From the NCBI GenBank assembly GCA_025055835.1, contig JANWWR010000107.1:1-58928 (forward strand): 58,928 bases of DNA, written 5' to 3'. A program made the position numbers and the translations under genes. The notes under the pieces were generated by a model. The model saw only the letters and a list, made by a program, of their open reading frames with translations, was not told where the DNA came from and ran no database searches. This document shows, piece after piece, positions 19,101 through 26,798 of the stretch. The first letter of the stretch is position 1. Each line of letters starts with the position of its first letter. The DNA is from Gemmatales bacterium. GTDB lineage: Bacteria; Planctomycetota; Planctomycetia; Gemmatales; HRBIN36.

Positions 19101-20912
19101 GGCGGTGCCGAAGCGATAGGCCACGATTTCCACGTTGCCGAACAGATCGGCGGGCAGATCCACTTCCAATTCGCCCTTGCCGTCCCGCACCTCGACGGTG
19201 GTCGTCAGCACGGTCTGGCCGTCGCGGATCAGGTCCACGAACACGGGTTCGACCCCGGCTCCCAGGGCGGTCAGACGCAGCGTCTCGCCGCCGGTGTACA
19301 CCGCTTTGTCAGTGCGAAGCACGAAATCGCGGTCGGGAACTTGCCCGCACATCAAGACCTGAGTACGGCTCGCAGTGAGGCCGTTGCGGTCCACGGCGGT
19401 GACGGTCAAAGACACGCTCTCGCCTTGCGGAGTGACCTCGAAGACGGCCATGCCTAGCTCGTTGGTCACAAGCTCGTTGGGCTGATCGCTGATCTTGAGC
19501 CGGGTGCCTGCCGCTGGTCGGCCCTGAACGTAGGTGGCATAGACGTAGATGCGGTTCGGCACGCCATGCACCAGCACACCGTTTTCGGGCAACAACATCA
19601 GCCGCAGAGGACGGGCGGTGACGATCCGCGTGATTCGCCGTTCCTGGGACTGCCCCGCGGTATCGGTGACTCGGGCAAGGATTTCAATCCGGGCATCGCC
19701 GGACTCGGTTTCCGTGCCGATGAGCTGGTTCGGCAAGGTAAACTCAAAGGCCGCCTCGCCCTGGCGATTCATCCGCACGTCGAACTTCCTGAGCGTCGTC
19801 GGCCGGATTTCCTGGGTCACGACCTCGATTTCGGCCGAGCCGCTGACCGGCTTCCCGAAGAAGTAGTTGGCGAAGACCGTGCCGCGCACCTTCGCCCCGG
19901 GCTGGTAGTACGGCTCATCGACGTCGATCTCGACCTTGAACTTGGGAAGCACATAACGGGCCACCTCGACGGTCGCCTCGCTGACCGTGTCGCCGACTTC
20001 GCAAGTGATTCGATAGTTGCCCAGGAGGATTTCGTTGGCCAGTTCGCAGTCGGCGGAGACGATGCCGAAACGGCTGGTGACGTCGCTGCGTTTGAAGATG
20101 ATGTTGCCCTTGGGGTCGGTGACGCGGAAGACGGCTTGCCGACCGGCCTCCGGTCGCAGATCGGGCCGACGCAGGGCCAAGGCCCGCAGGTGGATCGTCT
20201 GGCCCGGCTGATACACCGGCTTGTCGGTGCTGAGCATCAGCTTCCACTGACGCCGCAGCACAACCGGCTCGGCCAGTTGCTCGGGCTGGCTCGGCGTCTG
20301 AGCGACGATCTGAAGTTGGTATTCGCCGTCGTTCCAGTCCGGCCAACGGAACCGAGGTCGGCCGGTGCCGTTCTCGTCGGTGACGAACTCCGCCAGTTTC
20401 ACCGCATCGGATCGGCCCTGCCCGTCGGCCAGGTAAAGCACCACGGGAACGCCGCTGACAGCCGCCCCGTTGGAACGGTTCACCAGCCGCACCCGCAATG
20501 ACGCTTCCGAGCCGGGAACCGCCTGCCGTTGACCGAAAACTTGCAGGTCCCAGGGCGTCGGCGTGAGATTGGCGTAGTACAAGCCCAGAATCATGAGCAC
20601 AATGGCAGCGGCTGCCGCCACCCCGCCGGAACCGAAGGCGTAATAAACGAACCAGCGCAGGCGGGTGGTGCGTCGGCGTTCCACCTTGGCCAACGTCCTT
20701 CGCACCAGACCCTCGGATGCCTCCAGGCCCGGCAGCCGTTGCAGGGCTTCGAGCCGCTGGGCTGCCCGACCCAGGGCCGCTTTCAATTCCGGGCGTGCCT
20801 CGCAGTCCCGCTCAAACTGCTCCGCCTCCGTCGGCGACATCAGGTCGTGCAGGTAGGCGTCGATGCGTTCGTGATCGGCGTCGGTCAAGCTGGCAGGAGG
20901 CTGTTCTGACAT
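16155..20912 (-). CDS. Membrane-anchored alpha-2-macroglobulin (thioester protein) with an N-terminal anti-sigma-like domain and an internal TM hairpin
   Basis: STDKPVYQPGQ (MG2), YVLPKFKV, VDEAV, REYFPETLLW, DSITTW, FQPFFV-L-LP, thioester PYGCFEQ (nt about 17610-17630), GYQRLL, TTQGTVLALKAL, VYEYY. aa 1-85 anti-sigma-like, TM about 87-113, two further hydrophobic helices about 777-833. Confidence 0.9.
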   Translation of the reverse strand: MSEQPPASLTDADHERIDAYLHDLMSPTEAEQFERDCEARPELKAALGRAAQRLEALQRLPGLEASEGLVRRTLAKVERRRTTRLRWFVYYAFGSGGVAAAAAIVLMILGLYYANLTPTPWDLQVFGQRQAVPGSEASLRVRLVNRSNGAAVSGVPVVLYLADGQGRSDAVKLAEFVTDENGTGRPRFRWPDWNDGEYQLQIVAQTPSQPEQLAEPVVLRRQWKLMLSTDKPVYQPGQTIHLRALALRRPDLRPEAGRQAVFRVTDPKGNIIFKRSDVTSRFGIVSADCELANEILLGNYRITCEVGDTVSEATVEVARYVLPKFKVEIDVDEPYYQPGAKVRGTVFANYFFGKPVSGSAEIEVVTQEIRPTTLRKFDVRMNRQGEAAFEFTLPNQLIGTETESGDARIEILARVTDTAGQSQERRITRIVTARPLRLMLLPENGVLVHGVPNRIYVYATYVQGRPAAGTRLKISDQPNELVTNELGMAVFEVTPQGESVSLTVTAVDRNGLTASRTQVLMCGQVPDRDFVLRTDKAVYTGGETLRLTALGAGVEPVFVDLIRDGQTVLTTTVEVRDGKGELEVDLPADLFGNVEIVAYRFGTAGLAVRKSRSIFVKQAQELKITTIMNQEEFRPGQRATIGFEITDGEGKPTPGAISLAIVDEAVFSVMSQAPGMEKTFFTLEQERLKPIYAIYDWYPDHPGRRRGRDWDDFELALFSQLAQTDNARASMAQTGTDRAARPFASPDFNSVYSLRLTTFPSKQEQVDEERRRSEDTLLRLWAAYYVMLGLILYLALWLFVRPMWIVVAINAVLLGVAGCGGVFLLVATLGLFGADKSALPVSRSEAGNVKVEAMLPPQVGQEGQANQPGEAGSTESVRVREYFPETLLWRPEIITDDNGFAQIEVDLADSITTWRLTAGAVSGDGRLGGLQSGVRVFQPFFVDLNLPVTLTRGDEVSIPVVVSNYLNQEQQVEIRLEVQPWFELVEGEAEQSLRLEANQVLSRSYRIKVKQVGKHTLQVTAKSRFVADAVKRGIEVVPDGVPVEQVVNGDLQQPVSADFELPQQAIEGSGKLLVKIYPSAFSQLIEGLEGIFRQPYGCFEQTSSTTYPNVLALSYLRKSNQAAPEVEAKARQYIHLGYQRLLGFEVPGGGFDWFGRPPANVLLTAYGLMEFQDMALVHDVDPRLITRTRAWLLRKRDPDGSWSSEGRRLAAGDLGGGRDVGWETYLTTAYVAWAVFGSGNRDDSAETASTRRYLLARPPREFDNAYVLALTCNALIACQTPDAELVPYLERLQALKKTDAENKTVWWTLDAGQGTLFYAYGEGASVEATALALLALLEKNRYPADIRAGLAWLTRQRSQNGTFGTTQGTVLALKALLAGTGKPLGGGQERRIEIVLGDHRQELVIPADQDDVMKVIDLSDRLAAGRNSLRIGETSASASSFQILFRHHVPDSDQPPPQEPLTITLDYDKTNLAVGDTVEVTARIRNNMEVEAPMVILDLPIPAGFGILSEEWEGMVRDRRIEKYQANPRSVVVYLRSLPPGRELTLRYQLQATMPVKVTVPGARVYEYYNADRQGRSRSLLMEVR

Positions 20913-20991
20913 GGCAAATCCTCCGTCCCGTCAAAGGTCACGGCAGAAGGGGTCATTCCTCGGAAAACCGCTTCGTCGGTTATGGACCGAA

Positions 20992-21555
20992 TCAGGTCGC
21001 CATTCGCGGAGCAAGAATGCGACGGATCGCCGCCAGGCCGTGGTGCATGGTGGATCGAACGGTTGCTTCTTCCTTCCCCAGCACCTCGGCGATTTCGCCG
21101 TACGACAGGCCGTCCCAGATGCGAAGGACCAGCACAGTCCGCTGCTGGAGCGGCAACCGCGCGACGGCTTGAGCGATGATCTGGGCATCTTCCGCGTCCA
21201 TCGCCGCGTGGTCCGGTTCCTTGACGGCGTGTTCGCCCAGGTGTTCGGCCTGTTCCTCGCTGAGGGAAATCGTGTCCAGGCGGTGGCGGCGGAAGTACTC
21301 CCGGACCTTGTTCAGTGCGATGGCGTACAGCCACGGCTTGAACGGCTTGGGATACCGATAGGTGGACCGCTTGGCCCACACAGCCAGGAAGGCTTCCTGG
21401 AACAGTTCCTCGGCCAAGGCACGATTGCCGACCAGGCGGTAAAGAAAGGTCAGCAACGGCGTGGCGTGGCGACGCAGCAGCGCTTCCATGCTTTCGTGAT
21501 TCCCCTGGGCCGTCCGCATCATCAGCTTCTCGTCCGGGTCATCGGGTGCGGTCAT
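20992..21555 (-). CDS. ECF (sigma70 group 4) RNA polymerase sigma factor
   Basis: Sigma2 (AEELFQEAFLAVW, FKPWLYAIALN) and sigma4 (LPLQQRTVLVLRIWDGLSYGEIAEVLG----TVRS). No C-terminal extension; start at ATG 21555. Confidence 0.93.
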   Translation of the reverse strand: MTAPDDPDEKLMMRTAQGNHESMEALLRRHATPLLTFLYRLVGNRALAEELFQEAFLAVWAKRSTYRYPKPFKPWLYAIALNKVREYFRRHRLDTISLSEEQAEHLGEHAVKEPDHAAMDAEDAQIIAQAVARLPLQQRTVLVLRIWDGLSYGEIAEVLGKEEATVRSTMHHGLAAIRRILAPRMAT

Positions 21556-21665
21556 GGCGAAGACCTGACTTCGGCCTCTGAGGACTGCTATGCGCCGCGG
21601 GGCCAATCCGTTGAACGGAATGTTAAAAATCTGGGAAACGGTAGTCAGGACGCTGGTCGCCCAAA

Positions 21666-23240
21666 CTACCCGCTTGTCGCCAGGATAACGAACAGCATCA
21701 GCGCGCCGTTATTGACGGCGTGAGCAACGATACCCGGGACGACGGTTTCTCGCCATTCCCGAGCGATGGTGAAGGCGAAGGCCAAGGCCATCAGCGCCGG
21801 GACGGCTACCCACCCTTGCGGATGGATGACGGCGAAGATGAAACTGACGATGAAAGCGCTGGCCAGGAACCCGAAGACCCGTCCGAGCTTCCGAGTCGCC
21901 TCCCGAACGTGCCGGTAGAAGACGCCGCGGAACATGATCTCTTCGACGATCGGAGCGCACACGGCGGCCACGAACAGCACCTGGAATCGTGCCCACCAGC
22001 TGCCAGTCCCGAGGTACTCCAGGATGGGATGCGTCGGGGAGTTGAGCGTCGGATCGAAGGGATTCGTCTGCTGCGGACCAAACAGCAGGGTGTGAATCAT
22101 CTCCCGGAACAGGATCAGCATGAAGGTCATGAGGATGCCGACCACGAGCATCGGCAGCCCCATGACATAGCAACCGATGCCGACAAACGGCTCCGCCCAC
22201 GGCCGTCGTCCCCAGGTCAGGCCGATGTCTTTGCGGACCACGCTCCAGGGCACGCCGCGGATCACCGGCCAAGCCAGGGCGACCAGACTTGCCAACACCG
22301 ACAGTCCCAGGACGAACAGTTCCGACTCGGGGGGAATGGGCAGGAACGAGACGCCCAGCTGGAGGCCGACGAACAACACCATGTAGAGGGCGAAGGTTTC
22401 CGCATACACGCCGTGATGTAACGAGCCGGTCCGCAGGCCGCCTCGGACCCAGCCCATGAGAGCAAGGATGAGGAATATGAACAACCCAATCGCCCCGGCC
22501 AGGATCAGAACACCGCCGCCAAGCACCCCGACGATGGCGGTCACGAAGGTTCGTTGTGCTCCAGCCAGCAGTTGCTTGCGGACCTCGGGCGTCGGGCCGC
22601 CCTCCGGATTCAAGGCCAACTCCGCGAACCAGCCCAAGGCCTGGCGGAGTTCGTCCCGTTGCTCCTGAGATACCTCCGGAGCCTTCCATTGACCGGCCTC
22701 GTATTGCCGGTACAGGGTTCGCAGAATGCTGAGCAGTCGCGATTCCTGGGGGGTGAATTGATAACCATGTTCGGCGGCTTCGGCTTCCAGATGCTCGAGT
22801 TGATCCAAGGCGGCAGCCGGACCCTGCATCTCTCCGGCAAAGATCGCCAGACGCAGCCGCTGGATCACCGAGCCTCGGCCGATCTCCTCAAGCTGCTTGT
22901 ACAGGGAGTCCTTCATTTCCTTGGACTTGAAGAACTGGCCGGCTCCCAGGGCGTAGCGGACCTGGAATTGCATGAGGACGCCGCTGATGCGGTCGATCTG
23001 CTCATCGTCTCCGGTCTCGCGTTTCAGGAGCAGAGGAGCGACGACCATCAGCGCCGTGACGGCGAGGATGATCGGCCAGGCCAGCCAAGCCATGCCCCGG
23101 CGAACCGGTTCGAGCGTCGGAATCGGCGGCGGAGCGACGACGGCGTCGATTATCGGCGGTGGCTCGCTGGGAAGAGGTGGTTGTGGTTCTTCGGGTGGCA
23201 GGGGAATAGCTTCCCAGGTGTCAGTCATAAGGTGTCCCAT
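21666..23240 (-). CDS. CPBP (Abi/CAAX type II) intramembrane glutamic protease with a large N-terminal soluble domain
   Basis: EEIMFRG, FAVIH and HAVNN motifs intact; multiple TMs; Pro-rich N-terminus; about 150 aa helical loop after TM1. Confidence 0.88.
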   Translation of the reverse strand: MGHLMTDTWEAIPLPPEEPQPPLPSEPPPIIDAVVAPPPIPTLEPVRRGMAWLAWPIILAVTALMVVAPLLLKRETGDDEQIDRISGVLMQFQVRYALGAGQFFKSKEMKDSLYKQLEEIGRGSVIQRLRLAIFAGEMQGPAAALDQLEHLEAEAAEHGYQFTPQESRLLSILRTLYRQYEAGQWKAPEVSQEQRDELRQALGWFAELALNPEGGPTPEVRKQLLAGAQRTFVTAIVGVLGGGVLILAGAIGLFIFLILALMGWVRGGLRTGSLHHGVYAETFALYMVLFVGLQLGVSFLPIPPESELFVLGLSVLASLVALAWPVIRGVPWSVVRKDIGLTWGRRPWAEPFVGIGCYVMGLPMLVVGILMTFMLILFREMIHTLLFGPQQTNPFDPTLNSPTHPILEYLGTGSWWARFQVLFVAAVCAPIVEEIMFRGVFYRHVREATRKLGRVFGFLASAFIVSFIFAVIHPQGWVAVPALMALAFAFTIAREWRETVVPGIVAHAVNNGALMLFVILATSG

Positions 23241-23329
23241 CCACGGCGACGGTGCTTGCAGACATTCTTGACATCAGATTCTTCGTCGTCCATTGCCTGG
23301 CCTTTTGCGGCAGCAGCACCATCGGACCG

Positions 23330-25693
23330 TCAGTTGAAATCCACGCGGGCTGTGTAGAGGTTTCTGCGGTCCCCGCGGAGGTAGAAATCCTCGAGCAGGA
23401 TGCGGGGATCGGGGGCGAGCTTGCCGCGGAAGACTTTGCCGCTCGGTGAGCCGGGATTGACCCGCACCTGCACCGGCTGTTCGAAGTCCACCATCGCGGT
23501 GTTGAGCCACACGCTCAGTTGCCGAAAACCGGTGTGATGGACCAGCACGCCGTTCTCCGCTGGCACGAGCCGAGCCGAGATTGTCGCCGGGGGCCGATTG
23601 TCGCCAACGGCCAGATCCCGGCTGCTTACCCAGTAAAAACGGTTGTGGTACGGTCGGATGGTGCAGAAGCGTCTGCCCAGCGTACCGCTCTGTTCATCCG
23701 GTCCGCCCAGTTCGGGCAGACCCGAGGCCCGCCGCTTGCGGTTGAACCAGTCGAAGATCAGCGGCACCTCGCCGGGGTAAAACTCCAGGCCTCGGCCGCT
23801 GTACTCGACGTAAAGACTTGGAAAACCGCGGTTGACCCAGAACTCAAACAGGTCCCGATTCTCGCCGGTGTTGTTGGGACTTTTTTCCCCTTCGACGACA
23901 TAGAACGGCAAGTACTGAGCGTTGCCGCGATAGGTCCGTCCCAGTTTACCGGGCGAGGCGCAGAACACGGCCACGCCGGCGAAGCGATCCGGATGGGACA
24001 AGGCGACGTCGTAGGCCAACGTGCCGGACTGGTCGAAGCCAACCATGTAAATGCGGTCGGAATCCACCTGGAATCGCCGCCGCAGGTCGGCCAGCACTTC
24101 GATGACCCGTTGCTGTTCCTCGTCCTGACCGTGATAGCGTTCCTGAAGCGGATCGGTCCAATGCGGCGCAGCCAGGAGGTAGCCATGAATCGCCGCCTGC
24201 TCCCGCCAACGCGACAACGCCTCTTCCGGCTGCTCGCGGACGTTTGGCAATACCAGCAGCAGAGGATACGGCCGATGCGGATGGTATTCCGGCGGCAAAA
24301 GCAAGGTGTACGAAACCCGCCTCGGGCCGGCGGTGGTCAGCACGGCCAAGTCCGTGGGAAGCGTGTCGGGCTGCTGCGGCGGGCGTAGCAACTGAATCAA
24401 CTGCGTCAGGATGTCGGTGGCAATTTTCTCCTCGCGGAGGTATTGGTCCAGGAACCGGGAACGCGCCTTCTCGTCCTCGGTGCGGAGGTAGTCCAGGAGG
24501 AAGGCACGGATTTTCCACAGGTGCCGAACCGACTCGACATTTCGCTCCGCCCCGGCGTCGCCGACGGCCCAGCCGGACACCGCCAAGGCCAGCAATTCCT
24601 CGGGCGGATGACGCCGGGGCTGCCCCGCCGACTCCCGGCGTTCCTCTTGCGAAGCCAGGGTCAAAAACGCCTCGAGACGCGCCACCGTGTCCTGGTTCAG
24701 ACCCGCCCGGATTTCGGCTAGGGCATCATGCCAGTCCTTCAAAAGGGCCTCGTCCTTGACGAGAGCGACCACGGCTTCGAGGTGCTTCCGGCAGGCCTCC
24801 ACCCTGGTCTTCAGATCCTGGACGCGATTCCGCAGGGCGGTGGCGCGATTGACGTCGTTCTTGTCGGCAAAGTCCAGGGGCAGTTCGGCGAGCAGGCGCT
24901 CCGCGCGCTGATACTGCCCCGCGCTCGCCGCCTTCTCGACGGCTTCGATCATTTCCTGTGCCTTCTGTCGCCGCAGCGACTCGGTCAGCGGAGCCAGTGC
25001 CGATTCTTCCTCGGGAAATTCCTTGAACAGTTGCTTCAGCGTCGCCTCGGCCTCGGCCAGCCGACCCGCCTGCCGCAAGAAGCGATGGAGCGTCAGCAGT
25101 TCGTCTCGCTTGCCGGGAGGCTGCGACTGACGACCGAGAGCGTGCCGAACCATCTGCTTCAGCGTCGGCGTGTCGAATTCGCTGGTCAGGTAAGAAGCGT
25201 CCCAGCGGACCCGGCGGGCGCTGACCCGCAGAAACTGCGGATTGAGATGAACGACACACTGCTCGAAGGTCCGCGTGCCGCCGCTGGGCAAGTCGTTGAC
25301 CAGCGTGATCTTGCGGATCGCTTCGGGGGACCATTCCTCGGCCTGCTCCACCTTGACCATTCGCAGGGCGGGGCTGAACTCGGTGCGGAACAGGGGGGGT
25401 TTCAAGGCAAAGGCTTCCAAAGGCTCGCGCTGGGGTGGATCGGGCTGGGCTTCGGCCACCTGACGGGTACTGAAGACGATGCGGCGTGCCCCGTCGTCCA
25501 CCATGTAGAAACCGCCCAGCTTCTTGATCCAGAACTCCCGCCCTCCCGGATCGCGAAGGATTTGCCCCTCGATCAACAGATTCCCGCGAAGGATGAATCC
25601 ATCCCGGAGAATGATGACCTCTGCCCCGGCCCAGGTCGGCCCGAGGATCAGTCCGATGACCATGACCCAAATCCAGCGTCGGCCCGTGTCCAT
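23330..25693 (-). CDS. Secreted protein with a C-terminal alpha/beta-hydrolase (esterase/peptidase-like) domain
   Basis: Signal peptide (WIWVMVIGLILGPTWAGA-E); YTLLLPPEYHPHRPYPLLLVL; DSDRIYMVGFDQSG---YDVALSHPDRFAGV. Start at ATG 25693. Confidence 0.78.
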   Translation of the reverse strand: MDTGRRWIWVMVIGLILGPTWAGAEVIILRDGFILRGNLLIEGQILRDPGGREFWIKKLGGFYMVDDGARRIVFSTRQVAEAQPDPPQREPLEAFALKPPLFRTEFSPALRMVKVEQAEEWSPEAIRKITLVNDLPSGGTRTFEQCVVHLNPQFLRVSARRVRWDASYLTSEFDTPTLKQMVRHALGRQSQPPGKRDELLTLHRFLRQAGRLAEAEATLKQLFKEFPEEESALAPLTESLRRQKAQEMIEAVEKAASAGQYQRAERLLAELPLDFADKNDVNRATALRNRVQDLKTRVEACRKHLEAVVALVKDEALLKDWHDALAEIRAGLNQDTVARLEAFLTLASQEERRESAGQPRRHPPEELLALAVSGWAVGDAGAERNVESVRHLWKIRAFLLDYLRTEDEKARSRFLDQYLREEKIATDILTQLIQLLRPPQQPDTLPTDLAVLTTAGPRRVSYTLLLPPEYHPHRPYPLLLVLPNVREQPEEALSRWREQAAIHGYLLAAPHWTDPLQERYHGQDEEQQRVIEVLADLRRRFQVDSDRIYMVGFDQSGTLAYDVALSHPDRFAGVAVFCASPGKLGRTYRGNAQYLPFYVVEGEKSPNNTGENRDLFEFWVNRGFPSLYVEYSGRGLEFYPGEVPLIFDWFNRKRRASGLPELGGPDEQSGTLGRRFCTIRPYHNRFYWVSSRDLAVGDNRPPATISARLVPAENGVLVHHTGFRQLSVWLNTAMVDFEQPVQVRVNPGSPSGKVFRGKLAPDPRILLEDFYLRGDRRNLYTARVDFN

Positions 25694-25810
25694 CGTTGCC
25701 TTGCCCTTGGCCGCTTGTCCCGCCTTGCTGCATTTTGACCGGCCCAGACACTTGCAATCAAGGAAACTCTTGCCGCGCGGCGCGATTCGGCAAACTTTTC
25801 GCAATTTTTC

Positions 25811-25840
25811 TTGACCTCTCTCATCGGGCTTTCATAAACT
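25811..25840 (+). promoter_or_regulatory. Probable sigma70 promoter (TTGACC-18-TAAACT) for the EF-hand gene
   Basis: TTGACC at 25811 and TAAACT 18 nt downstream, about 40 nt upstream of TTG 25880. Confidence 0.45.
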
Positions 25841-25879
25841 CAGCGGCGGTGGAACTCCTCATGAAATGCAGCCGATCGG

Positions 25880-26503
25880 TTGCCGCCCAGGGGTCTTGCC
25901 GTGTTGCTCCGGCTCCATGTCCTCACGGCTTTAGCGCTTGTGACGGGTTGCCAATTTGTCGGCGATACGGGTCCGTCTCCCCCGTCGGCAGAGCGTTGTG
26001 CCAAGGCAGCGTTCGCAGCGTTGGATAAGGATGGTGACGGTTTTCTGGGTCGTAAGGAATTGCAGGCTTGTCCAGCTTTGCTCAACGCCTTGGAAAAATA
26101 CGACCTGGACCGCGACGGCAAGGTGAGTTTCGAGGAATTGGTTCAACGCTTCCGCCGCTTTTGCCGCAGCCAACCGCCAACCAAGTCCGTCACCTTCCAG
26201 GTTTTGTTGGAAGAAAAACCGCTGGTCGGCGCGGATGTTCGGTTGGAACCGGAACCGTTTGTGCAGCCGCCGTGCAAACCGGCTGTCGGGCTGACCGACA
26301 CGATGGGCCTGACCGCGCCTCGCACTCCGGAACTTGGATTAGCGGGTGTCTATTGCGGCCTGTACCGGATTGTCATTTCGCTAAAGGATCCCGACGGCCG
26401 AGAGCAACTGCCAAGCCGCTACAACGTCGAGACCACGCTTGGCCAGGAGATCGCTCCCGACCTGCCCTCCGCGATCATCATCCTCAGGCTGACGCATCGG
26501 TGA
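25880..26503 (+). CDS. Lipoprotein with two EF-hands and a transthyretin/carboxypeptidase-regulatory-like domain
   Basis: Lipobox LVTGC; EF loops DKDGDGFLGRKE and DLDRDGKVSFEE; C-terminal G--LYRIVIS and LPSRYN-ETTLG-E motifs typical of planctomycete lipoproteins. Confidence 0.75.
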   Translation: MPPRGLAVLLRLHVLTALALVTGCQFVGDTGPSPPSAERCAKAAFAALDKDGDGFLGRKELQACPALLNALEKYDLDRDGKVSFEELVQRFRRFCRSQPPTKSVTFQVLLEEKPLVGADVRLEPEPFVQPPCKPAVGLTDTMGLTAPRTPELGLAGVYCGLYRIVISLKDPDGREQLPSRYNVETTLGQEIAPDLPSAIIILRLTHR

Positions 26504-26798
26504 ACCAGCCTCCACGCGACGGGGGCACCCCTGGTCGCCCGGCTTCATGAGTCCTACCGACCTTGCTGAATCCGGCAGTCATCGGGTAAGCAGAAAAGGG
26601 CAACCATGCTGTCGGCGCTCTCCGTACGCGCCGAGGCCATCAGGTGAGCAGGACCAACCCTCGTGAAAAATGTTGCGCGAAAAGTTTGGTGCGCAACCCG
26701 GCATTGCACGGCACTAGCCAGAGGGATAATGTCCCATCCTCTGGCCCTTCATGAGCTTGTGACGAAACCGGCCAGGACGTAGTGCGACACTCCCCACA

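Noticed and set aside
26695-26725. Sigma-54 promoter upstream of the protease
   Set aside because: The GG and GC dinucleotides are not at the required -24/-12 spacing on either strand.
26747-26768. CTTCATGAG...GACGAAAC as a hammerhead ribozyme core
   Set aside because: The core reads CUUCAUGA rather than CUGAUGA and no convincing stems I-III form.
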